DNA of 64,000 bases from Promethearchaeota archaeon (GTDB lineage Archaea > Asgardarchaeota > Lokiarchaeia > Sigyniarchaeales > SOKP01), in the NCBI GenBank assembly GCA_048938855.1, contig JBHLLT010000001.1, positions 448,124 through 512,123 of the forward strand, written 5' to 3'. Below are positions 36,839 through 45,652 of the stretch, piece after piece. The notes below the pieces were generated by a model, which was not told the DNA's origin, did no database searches, and saw only the letters and a program-made list of their open reading frames with translations. Both the position numbers and the translations under genes were made by a program. Within the stretch, counting starts at the first letter, position 1. The number at the start of each line of letters is the position of its first letter.

Positions 36839-38146
36839 TTAGATTTTATATATTTCTCCAATTTCTGGAGCAACTGAATTATAACCATTCTTCACTAATT
36901 CACTCGCAAAAGTAGTTGTCGATTTATTGTCACCATGAACACAAAAAATATCATTAAAACTTTTTTTTCTGAATTTTAAATTTTCCACATATTCATAGAG
37001 ATGCAAATTATCTGCATGACTTGAGAAATCAAAATAATCATAATCACATTTTGCTTCAATTTGAAAATTATTAAAAATATTTTTTTTCTTTTGTGATTCT
37101 TTAAATTGAAAAATTCCATTATCTAATAAACCTCTCCCTGGGCTTCCTTCGACTTGATATCCTACTAAATAGATTGCAGATCGTGGATCGTTTAATACTG
37201 TCTCTATATAGTCTATTGCAGCACCCCCTTTAAGCATACCAGAAGGAGATATAATAACACCATTTGATTTTTTCGCATAAATTCTATCCTTTTTCCTTGA
37301 AATAAATTCAGCCCTTTTTAGCGCTTTTTTAAAAGATTTTATGTCTTTTATAAACTCTGGGTGTTGTAGATAAATATTTGATACTTTTCTAGCTAAGCCA
37401 TCAATAAATATCTTGCCCGTATAGTTATATTTTTCCAAAATTAATAATGCTTCTTGTGATCGAGCTACTCCAAAAGCGGGAATCAAAACATTCCCTCCAT
37501 TCTCAGTTATATCAATTACTTTATCAACAAACTTTTCCTCTAGGATATTTCGTGGAGGGTGTTCTCTTAAAGCGTATGTAGATTCGATGATTAGAGCATC
37601 TATTTCTGGTATTTCAGTATGATTTGCTGGGGGAATTAAATTTGTATCTTGAGTGTTGATATCTCCAGAGTAGAAAATACGCTTATTATCAACTTCAAGT
37701 AAAATTGACACACTTCCAGGTATATGCCCTGCATCAATAAAGGTTATATAAAAATTGTTATCAATTTTTTGACGTATACCATTCTTTAAGAAATAAGAAT
37801 TTTTTCTTAAGTGATCTAATTCCCTAAAACCAAAAGGATAAGGATAATTTGAAATTTTAATCATATCTCTTATCAAGAGTTCTGTAATTTCAAGGGAAAT
37901 TGAATTTGTAAAACAAGGAACTTTAGATGATTTGTATACAAATGGTAAAGCTCCTGAATGGTCAACATGACTGTGAGTAAGTGCTATTGATTTTAGATTA
38001 GTAAAGTCTGGTTCAAGGGGCAATCGATCATCACTATTAAATCCAATACCATAATCTAATATACACTTCGAACCACTTTTAGATTCAACTAAAATACATG
38101 ATCGTCCAATTTCTCTACAACTTCCTAAAAAGGATACTTTTGTCAT
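36839..38146 (-). CDS. Metallo-beta-lactamase/beta-CASP ribonuclease (aCPSF2-like, no KH domains)
   Basis: EIGRSC, THSHVDHSG, AGHIPGS, SGD, IESTY, PAFGVARSQE, FSSHAD, VHGD. Confidence 0.9.
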   Translation of the reverse strand: MTKVSFLGSCREIGRSCILVESKSGSKCILDYGIGFNSDDRLPLEPDFTNLKSIALTHSHVDHSGALPFVYKSSKVPCFTNSISLEITELLIRDMIKISNYPYPFGFRELDHLRKNSYFLKNGIRQKIDNNFYITFIDAGHIPGSVSILLEVDNKRIFYSGDINTQDTNLIPPANHTEIPEIDALIIESTYALREHPPRNILEEKFVDKVIDITENGGNVLIPAFGVARSQEALLILEKYNYTGKIFIDGLARKVSNIYLQHPEFIKDIKSFKKALKRAEFISRKKDRIYAKKSNGVIISPSGMLKGGAAIDYIETVLNDPRSAIYLVGYQVEGSPGRGLLDNGIFQFKESQKKKNIFNNFQIEAKCDYDYFDFSSHADNLHLYEYVENLKFRKKSFNDIFCVHGDNKSTTTFASELVKNGYNSVAPEIGEIYKI

Positions 38147-38314
38147 TTTATAAAAAAAAAGATCTAAACCTTATAAAAATATTATATTAAAAAAAAAATC
38201 AAGAAATATCAACTTTTTTGAAATTCTTAAAAAAGACAAGAAATTTTTGATATTGGATTTGTCAGCTCAAGATGGAAAAAAAATAAATAATTAAATTTAC
38301 AAGAAATCTAAAAA

Positions 38315-39073
38315 CTACTTTATTTTAGGGATTGAATTTATCAGTAGGGCGATAACATTATTGACATTTTTGCCAAAAATTTCAAGAATCTCTTCCCAAG
38401 TGACGGGGGCCTCATCTTCTTTCCAACAATCATAATCTGTGGACATAGCAACAGCAGAATAAGGAATTCCTGCTTCATTTGCCAGAATAGTTTCAGGAGC
38501 AATGCTCATGTTTATTACATCAGCGCCCCATACTCGAAACATATTTGATTCTGCTCTTGTGGAAAATCTTGGCCCTTCGATTGTAACAACTGTTCCAGTT
38601 TCATGGTGTTTAAGATTTAACTCCTTAGCAGTTTCGATTAATATTTTTCTTAATACTTCAGAATATGGATCTGCCATTGGAGTATGCTTCATATCTCCAG
38701 GTGCAAATTCTTCATAGAATGATATTTTTCTAAGACGCGTAAAATCTATAAATTGATCAAGAATAACCAGATCACCTCTTTCTATTTTTTCCCTTAGACT
38801 TCCACAAGCAGTTGTTGCGAGAATATGAGTACATCCTTGATCTTTTAATGCATGTATATTAGCTCTATAATTTACCTGCGTAGGAGGGATTGTGTGTTCT
38901 CTTCCATGCCTAGCTATGAGGGCGACATCAACATCATTTATTTTTCCGACTTTTAACGGGGAACTAGGTTTTCCAAACGGTGTTTCAACACTAATATCCT
39001 CAGCATTCTTTAAAATATCAGGGTTATCCAATCCTGAACCCCCTATTATTCCTATCTTTACCATTATTTTCAA
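38315..39073 (-). CDS. mtnP: S-methyl-5'-thioadenosine phosphorylase
   Basis: IGIIGGSG, ARHG, NYRANI, IEGPRFSTRAES, INMS, TDYDCW. Confidence 0.93.
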   Translation of the reverse strand: MKIMVKIGIIGGSGLDNPDILKNAEDISVETPFGKPSSPLKVGKINDVDVALIARHGREHTIPPTQVNYRANIHALKDQGCTHILATTACGSLREKIERGDLVILDQFIDFTRLRKISFYEEFAPGDMKHTPMADPYSEVLRKILIETAKELNLKHHETGTVVTIEGPRFSTRAESNMFRVWGADVINMSIAPETILANEAGIPYSAVAMSTDYDCWKEDEAPVTWEEILEIFGKNVNNVIALLINSIPKIK

Positions 39074-39211
39074 CTTGTATAATTTTTAAAATAGTAAATT
39101 TAAAATTTTATAAATTTTTTGTTATTGAGCTATTCATTGCTAAGATATTGATTTTTGATTTTATTATTATTAGTGCAAACTATATTTCTTAAATTTAATT
39201 TATATTTCATA

Positions 39212-40207
39212 GTGAAAAATAAAGTTTTAGTTCTTGGGTCATTAGCTTTTGATTATATTATGGGTTTCAAGGAAAGTTTCATTAATGCTGTAAACATTGA
39301 TCTCGACAAAGAGAAATACCAGAGTACTGTCACAGCAGATAGTCGTTATCAATTTTTTGGAGGAACTGCTGGTAATATAGCATACAACCTTGGACTTTTG
39401 AATATTGCAAAAGTCTCTTTATTTGGTTCAGTAGGAGATGATTTTGAGAGATTAGGATATATGAATCATATGAAACAATTTAAAAATATCGATTTGCGTT
39501 TAGATATTTATAAAGAACATTTTACAGCTGCTTGTTATATAGTTAATGATATTAAATCTAATCAGATGATTATTTTCCATGGTGGTGCTTTAGACAAGTG
39601 TAAAGAAATTGATTTAAAAGTAAAAATTTCAAATCCAGAAGAATATATTTATGCAATCAATTCGGCCCAGAGTGTTGAAGCTATGATAAATTTTGGAAAT
39701 CAACTAAGTGATTTAAAAATCCCAACTATTTTTGATCCTGGTCAAGTTACACCTCTTTTCAAAAAAGAGGATTTAATAGATTTACTTAAGAAATCAGAAA
39801 TAATAATTGGCAATACGTATGAAATAAATCAAATAAAAAAGGTAGCTGCTTTAACGGAAGAGGAAATTCTTGACTATATTGACTCAATTATTATAACAGA
39901 AGGATATGATGGTTCTAAATTAATTTATAAAGATAAAAGTAATAAAATTTTTAAATTTCATGTTCCTATTGCCAAACCAGATAAAATTGAAGACACAACT
40001 GGAGCAGGAGATGGATATCGTGCTGGAATACTTACTGGTCTAACTATTGATATGACATTATTGGATTCTTGCCGATTAGGTGCAATTATTGGTTCATTTG
40101 TAGTTGAAACAAGAGGAGCTCAAACTCAAAAGTTTAATATAGAAATGATAAGAAAGCGATTCTTCAATACTTTTGGTTATATTCCACCAGAGTTAGAAAG
40201 AATATAA
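39212..40207 (+). CDS. PfkB family nucleoside (adenosine-type) kinase
   Basis: GSLAFD, GGTAGNIAY, FDPGQ, DTTGAGDGYRAG; GTG at 39212 preferred over 39155. Confidence 0.85.
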   Translation: MKNKVLVLGSLAFDYIMGFKESFINAVNIDLDKEKYQSTVTADSRYQFFGGTAGNIAYNLGLLNIAKVSLFGSVGDDFERLGYMNHMKQFKNIDLRLDIYKEHFTAACYIVNDIKSNQMIIFHGGALDKCKEIDLKVKISNPEEYIYAINSAQSVEAMINFGNQLSDLKIPTIFDPGQVTPLFKKEDLIDLLKKSEIIIGNTYEINQIKKVAALTEEEILDYIDSIIITEGYDGSKLIYKDKSNKIFKFHVPIAKPDKIEDTTGAGDGYRAGILTGLTIDMTLLDSCRLGAIIGSFVVETRGAQTQKFNIEMIRKRFFNTFGYIPPELERI

Positions 40208-40261
40208 AAAAATTTTAAATAAATAATAAATCCTTAGTAAAGTTGGGTTAAAAAAGACACT

Positions 40262-40789
40262 TCATTCTTCAACAGGAATATCTATTAAAGAGAGAATATC
40301 ATAACTTTCTAATTTATCTCTACCGTGTAAACTTCCTGTTAATTCAATTATAAAAGCTATTCCTATTACTTTTCCACCAGCTTTCTCAATTAGATTGCAT
40401 GCTGCTTTAGCAGTCCCTCCAGTAGCTAATAAATCATCAAAAACTAATACCTTGTCTCCCTCTTCAATCGCGTCAATGTGCATTTCAATTGTATCCGTAC
40501 CGTACTCAAGATCATAAGTTTCTTTTAGCGTTTTGTATGGTAATTTTCCCGGTTTTCTTATTAAAACAAATCCCGCTCCCAATTGATAAGCTATTACTCC
40601 ACCCCATACATAGCCTCGAGCTTCAATAGCAGCTACCTTAGTAATTCCCTTATCTCTATAGTGATTTATAATTCTATCACATGATTCTTTAAAAGCTGAG
40701 TGTAATTTAGCTAATGTTGTAATGTCTTTAAACTGAATTCCCTCTACAGGAAAATCTGGTACATTTCTTATATAATCTCCTAAATTCAT
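40262..40789 (-). CDS. apt: Adenine phosphoribosyltransferase
   Basis: PDFPVEGIQFKDIT, EARG, RKPGKLP, YDLEYG, DDLLATGGT. Confidence 0.96.
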   Translation of the reverse strand: MNLGDYIRNVPDFPVEGIQFKDITTLAKLHSAFKESCDRIINHYRDKGITKVAAIEARGYVWGGVIAYQLGAGFVLIRKPGKLPYKTLKETYDLEYGTDTIEMHIDAIEEGDKVLVFDDLLATGGTAKAACNLIEKAGGKVIGIAFIIELTGSLHGRDKLESYDILSLIDIPVEE

Positions 40790-40830
40790 ATTACATCATT
40801 TTATTGTTTTAGATTTAAGATAAAATTACT

Positions 40831-40870
40831 TAAAATTGATAATTAAAAATGATAATTAAAAATGATTAAT
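40831..40870. repeat. Imperfect 13-bp tandem repeat x3 in the apt / Rag-like divergent region
   Basis: TAAAATTGATAAT TAAAAATGATAAT TAAAAATGATTAAT. Confidence 0.5.
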
Positions 40871-41010
40871 TAGAAATAAATTCATTTTCATTCAAAAACA
40901 AATTTACAATTACTAATTAGAAAAAATTAAATAAAAATTAAAGTATAAGAAATATATTAAAGATAAAGAAAAAAAAAAATCAAATTGATAACAGATAGGA
41001 GTTATTTATC

Positions 41011-41967
41011 TTGAAAATTTTACTTTTTGGACCAGCTGGAGCAGGTAAGACATCCTTAATGCGAACAACCTGTCTTGGATACAATTTTATGAAGGTTTTA
41101 AATCTGAAACCTACAAAAGGAGTTTCTCGAGAGAATTTTATATTCCGTGGTATAATGGAACTTAACGTTTGGGACTTAGGAGGTCAAGAACGATATATGG
41201 AACGCTACTTCTCAGAATCTCAACGAGAATTAATTTTTTCAGAGGCAACTACTGCGGTTTTTATGGTCGATTCTGCTGCGATTGATCCTGAAGTACGAGT
41301 TATTTTCGATAAATTTTTGACATATATATTTGAATTCTCTCCTAAGATGGATATGGTTTATGTCCTGTTAAATAAAATTGATTTAAAAGAATCGAAAGAG
41401 GATGAATTCTATGAGATTTTAACCAAGGATTTAAATGATGGTTTATTATCAAAACTTTCGTTTACTCCTGTCTCTGTTAAAGAAGGGAGTGCTCAGCATA
41501 GGTTAATTGAGATCCTTGATTATGAAATTCAAAAGAATACCTTATCAATGCAACGCTTAGGAAAAATTCGTCATTTATTGGATGAGCTAAAGATAATTAC
41601 ATTATCTGAATACTTATTATTCAACCAACCTGATGGATTATTAATTTCTTCTACATTTGGTAAATTCGAGTCTAAACCATTAAAATTCATGAAATTTGAA
41701 ATAGGAACTTTAGATTCTAATATTTATACAATTTATCAACAAATTATGGAACTTCAGAAAAATGCAAGTCTTTCTCCATTATCTTTATCTACAGTTGTTT
41801 ATGAATCTGATAGTTGTTGGATTTTAGTTAAAGAAGTTAGTAGTGGAGCGGTTTTAATGGCTGTAACAAAAAATAAACAGCCAGAATTGTTTACAGGCGT
41901 AATGAACGCATTAACAGGAGATTCGTTCAAAAATTTAAAATTTTATTTGAAATCTTCTGATTTTTAA
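41011..41967 (+). CDS. Rag/Gtr-like GTPase with C-terminal roadblock-like domain
   Basis: GPAGAGKTS, LKPT, LNVWDLGGQERYMERYF..QRELIF (compare RagA LNLWDCGGQ..FMENYF..QRDNIF), NKID; C-terminal YLLFNQPDGLLISS. Confidence 0.82.
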   Translation: MKILLFGPAGAGKTSLMRTTCLGYNFMKVLNLKPTKGVSRENFIFRGIMELNVWDLGGQERYMERYFSESQRELIFSEATTAVFMVDSAAIDPEVRVIFDKFLTYIFEFSPKMDMVYVLLNKIDLKESKEDEFYEILTKDLNDGLLSKLSFTPVSVKEGSAQHRLIEILDYEIQKNTLSMQRLGKIRHLLDELKIITLSEYLLFNQPDGLLISSTFGKFESKPLKFMKFEIGTLDSNIYTIYQQIMELQKNASLSPLSLSTVVYESDSCWILVKEVSSGAVLMAVTKNKQPELFTGVMNALTGDSFKNLKFYLKSSDF

Positions 41968-42025
41968 TTTGGATAAGATAAAAGGAAAAGTAGATTTTAA
42001 AAAAATGTATTAAATTTACTTTTAA

Positions 42026-42871
42026 TTATTGTTCCTTATCATATAAGCCAATTTTATTAAGAAAATGTTGTTTAGCGTGATGGGGTCTTCTAATTACTGA
42101 ATCATTAACTTTTTCAATTTCTCTTGCTTCATCACACATATGAGCTGCTGTCCTCATCATTTCATGAGCAGCTGCTAAAAGTGGCATATATTCGGATCTG
42201 TCCTTTAATTGAAAACAAGCTTTCCCAGTGACTTTAGATACAGAAGCAGCAAGTTCAAAAGCAGCAATCGCTTTAGCTTTTGCATAGGGATTAGAAAAAT
42301 TTGCTGCATTTGTTGCTATATTAGCATCAATAATTATTTGAGGTAAAGTTGGTGTTCTACCCTCAAGCATATCCATTATTACTTTATTCAATTCTTCTGC
42401 TATTACACGTAGGGAACCTGTAATTGCTAGGATCTTTAATAGATCTGCATTAAAGATACTCATTTCAATGGGATCAAGAAAAGGTCGACGTGCTCCAATC
42501 ATACTATCAGAACCTACTAGAATGTACCCCATATTTTTCTCTTTAATCTCTTCAACTGCTTTTTTTGCGGGGGAATCAGATATAACTATTGTAGGAATAT
42601 TTCCTGCCATCTCTCTTGCTGCTTTTGGCCCCGGTAAAGCTGCGTTTGGACTTGACATGATAATTAATTCAGGGCCCCACATTAATAAATTTTCCATAGT
42701 TCTTGTACAAATTTCTGGAGGATGCATTTTTGCACCAGAAGTTACCTCATGAATATTAATTCTCACAGATTCAGCACGTTCATCCATTAAAAAGGCAAGA
42801 AGTAAAGAGGATCCTATGGTTCCATTCTTTAAAATTCCAATCTTAAGAACTTTTTCACTCATTATCCACAA
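42026..42871 (-). CDS. mtd: F420-dependent methylene-H4MPT dehydrogenase
   Basis: DERA, SGAKM, SPNAALPGPKAARE, DSMIGARRPFLDPIEM, NPYAKAKA, AREIEK; real start probably at MSEKV. Confidence 0.94.
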   Translation of the reverse strand: MWIMSEKVLKIGILKNGTIGSSLLLAFLMDERAESVRINIHEVTSGAKMHPPEICTRTMENLLMWGPELIIMSSPNAALPGPKAAREMAGNIPTIVISDSPAKKAVEEIKEKNMGYILVGSDSMIGARRPFLDPIEMSIFNADLLKILAITGSLRVIAEELNKVIMDMLEGRTPTLPQIIIDANIATNAANFSNPYAKAKAIAAFELAASVSKVTGKACFQLKDRSEYMPLLAAAHEMMRTAAHMCDEAREIEKVNDSVIRRPHHAKQHFLNKIGLYDKEQ

Positions 42872-43027
42872 TCTTATTTATAATTTCGAATTTAAATTTT
42901 AAAGATAATTCCTATCAATTTTTCAATGTTTTTAATTTTTATTTTAACTTTTATAAAACAAGGAACTCTATTAGTAAATACACACTAAAAAAAAGAAAAA
43001 TTACAAATATAAGTTGGAGTAGTTAAA

Positions 43028-43939
43028 ATGGAGATTAATGGAGTGGAAATTGAAGATACTTTCTGTGAAGCTTTTGGAGCTGTTTTTGCGAGAGTATTAG
43101 TAACAGCTAAGAATAACAGATGGGCTTCAATAGCAGCTCAGGAAGCGACTGGTTATGGTACATCAACAATTGGATGTGATGCTGAAGCGGGAGTTGATTT
43201 ATTTGTTTCTTCGGAAAATACCCCAGATAAGCGCCCTGGAGTCATATTAATGTTTTTTAAGAACAAAAAGGATGAGATGAGTATGGTTTTAACACATCGA
43301 ATTGGTGAATGTATTCTTACTTGCCCTACAACTGCATGTTTTGATGCATTAAATGACTCTCTTGATCGATCAAAGGAGTTTGAAGTTAAATCTGGTAATA
43401 ATTTAAAATTTTTTGGTGATGGATTCCAAGAAAAGCTTGAAGGGGTTTATACATTTGAAGCGTTTAAGATTCCAGTTATGGAGGGAGAATTTGTTGTACA
43501 AAACTCTTTCAAAGTGGGGAAGGGAATCGCGGGAGGAAATTTTTTAATTATAGGAAAAGATCAAAATTCTGCTTTAGAAGCCGCTGAAAAGGCAATAAAT
43601 GCAATTAAAGATATACCAAATGTAATTGCGCCATTTCCAGGAGGAATTGTACGTTCTGGATCAAAAGTTGGCTCGAAATATGAATTCATGAGAGCTTCCA
43701 CCAATGAAAAATATTGTCCTACTTTAAAAAATAAAATTGAGAATTCGGAATTGAATGAGGAAGACAAATGTGTTTATGAAATTGTTCTTGATGGCGCTAC
43801 TGAAGATGTTGTTAAAAAAGCATTAAAAGTAGGTATTGAAGCTGCAGTTAAAGTCCCAGGGATAACCCGTATATCTGCAGGGAATTATGGTGGTACTCTT
43901 GGTAAATTTCAATATTCTTTAAGGGCCATTTTAAGTTAA
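43028..43939 (+). CDS. ftr: Formylmethanofuran:H4MPT formyltransferase
   Basis: MEINGVEIEDTFCEAF, CDAEAG, TPDKRPG, LTCPTT, FFGDG, GIAGGN, SGSKVGSKY, ISAGNYGGTLG. Confidence 0.96.
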   Translation: MEINGVEIEDTFCEAFGAVFARVLVTAKNNRWASIAAQEATGYGTSTIGCDAEAGVDLFVSSENTPDKRPGVILMFFKNKKDEMSMVLTHRIGECILTCPTTACFDALNDSLDRSKEFEVKSGNNLKFFGDGFQEKLEGVYTFEAFKIPVMEGEFVVQNSFKVGKGIAGGNFLIIGKDQNSALEAAEKAINAIKDIPNVIAPFPGGIVRSGSKVGSKYEFMRASTNEKYCPTLKNKIENSELNEEDKCVYEIVLDGATEDVVKKALKVGIEAAVKVPGITRISAGNYGGTLGKFQYSLRAILS

Positions 43940-43968
43940 AATATAGAAAAGAAGGAATATATATAAAT

Positions 43969-45645
43969 TTATAATTTTCTTTTTATTTTTCTTTGAGGAG
44001 TTTCTTCTTTATCTTTTTCTGGTTTTAATTCTTCAGTTTCCTTTTTCTTAGGTTCCTCTTTACTAGGCTTTGCTATAACTTTTTTCTGTGTTCCTGTTTT
44101 ACTTGAAGATATTTCTTTCTTTTTAGGTGGAGTTCTTTGAATTTCACTTCTTGATTTGAAATAACTATAAGTAGCAATTATACCCAACATAAGTCCTAGA
44201 GATACTCCTCCAAAAATTAAGAGCCATGGTAAATAATAACTTACAACATCTGGAATAATTCGAATCGCCTGAGGCGCTTTATCATAATCATCAATAAGAC
44301 TAACAACAGCACCATCCGAATCAATGGCGTATATGTATACATACCAGATACCATCAACTAAATCAAAAGTCCTAATAGTAATCTCAGTGTTTTCTCCGAT
44401 ATAAGTTCGTGTAAGATTGAACCATTCATTATTCGCACTTAATAGAGCCACTTTTACATATGCTAATCCTTCAGTATCAGATAGATTAAAAGAAAATACT
44501 AAATTTCTGCCATAGAATACCGAAATTGGTTTATCCATGCTTAGTCCATTAATTGTATAAGAGTTTATTTCAGGAGCATTATTTTTAACGATAAGATAAG
44601 TCGATTTTGATGAACTTCCGCCATTTGGGTCAATTAAGGTCACATTGACTTTATATTTGCCTATGGGCCTATTTGCAGGAATATTAAATGTTTCTGAGAA
44701 TAAATTATTACTATCAAATGCAATTTGATTTTGAATTACTAGTACACCTTCAGCATCATAAATATACATCCAAGGTATTAAATCTTCTGATTTACTCTCT
44801 ATATCAGTGACGTTAAATGAGATTGTGAAATCCTCTGTTCTTAATACTTCTTCAGGCGAAAGATTTAACCTTGAGATTATTAGTGGTTTATTATTTCTTA
44901 CATAAAAAGGGAAATAAGCAGTTCCTCTTCTCCCTAAAAGTCGATCAGTCATATTCAATTGGATATAATAAAATTCATTCTTTCCGAAAGTTTCATTTAA
45001 CAACTGAAATGAGATTTGATTTATATTTCTATCAAAACTCATAATGTTATTTTGGGTTGATTCTTCTAGACTATCAACTATACTCGTATTCCACGTAAAA
45101 TCATAAGTACTAAAATTACATACTAGCATTTCTACATATAATGTGTCGTTAATATAGTATTGGCAACTATTTAGATTTACCATATAATTTGAAAGAATGG
45201 TGAAATTTGTATATGTAGTGTGTGAATTTAATAATTGATGGGTTGAATTGTAGATTAGGAAACTAACATTTTGAAAGCCTAACGGAGCATTGTATTCTGG
45301 TCTATATTTATAATTATAAGTATGGAGAGCTATATTTGACATATCAAACAATCTAGTGGATCCATTACTAAATGATATTTGCATGTTCACATAATCTGTA
45401 TCGGGAAAATCAAAAGTATTTATCGTTATATTGATGGTTTCAAATAGTCGATATATATTTGTGGTATTTCGTGTTATTGCCCAATATGGTAAAGCGGGTT
45501 GAGCTAATTTAGGAACTATAGATTCCTCATTCTTGGAATAATTAAGTGATTGTGAATTTAGGAGGGTCGCACTTACGAAACTAACGAATAAACTAATAAT
45601 TATGAAAAAAAATATCACTCTATTTTGAATTTGTCTAGTTGCCAA
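43969..45645 (-). CDS. Single-pass cell-surface protein with Ig-like repeats and Lys/Glu-rich cytoplasmic tail
   Basis: N-terminal signal/TM, beta-rich repeats (NNKPLI, NNAPEI, G.Y.V.V...D), many NxS/T sites, C-terminal TM. Confidence 0.7.
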   Translation of the reverse strand: MATRQIQNRVIFFFIIISLFVSFVSATLLNSQSLNYSKNEESIVPKLAQPALPYWAITRNTTNIYRLFETINITINTFDFPDTDYVNMQISFSNGSTRLFDMSNIALHTYNYKYRPEYNAPLGFQNVSFLIYNSTHQLLNSHTTYTNFTILSNYMVNLNSCQYYINDTLYVEMLVCNFSTYDFTWNTSIVDSLEESTQNNIMSFDRNINQISFQLLNETFGKNEFYYIQLNMTDRLLGRRGTAYFPFYVRNNKPLIISRLNLSPEEVLRTEDFTISFNVTDIESKSEDLIPWMYIYDAEGVLVIQNQIAFDSNNLFSETFNIPANRPIGKYKVNVTLIDPNGGSSSKSTYLIVKNNAPEINSYTINGLSMDKPISVFYGRNLVFSFNLSDTEGLAYVKVALLSANNEWFNLTRTYIGENTEITIRTFDLVDGIWYVYIYAIDSDGAVVSLIDDYDKAPQAIRIIPDVVSYYLPWLLIFGGVSLGLMLGIIATYSYFKSRSEIQRTPPKKKEISSSKTGTQKKVIAKPSKEEPKKKETEELKPEKDKEETPQRKIKRKL

Positions 45646-45652
45646 AATATCC

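Noticed and set aside
40831-40870. CRISPR-like or Fur-box reading of the GATAAT repeats
   Set aside because: No spacers and no inverted GATAAT/ATTATC arrangement; likely slippage in AT-rich DNA
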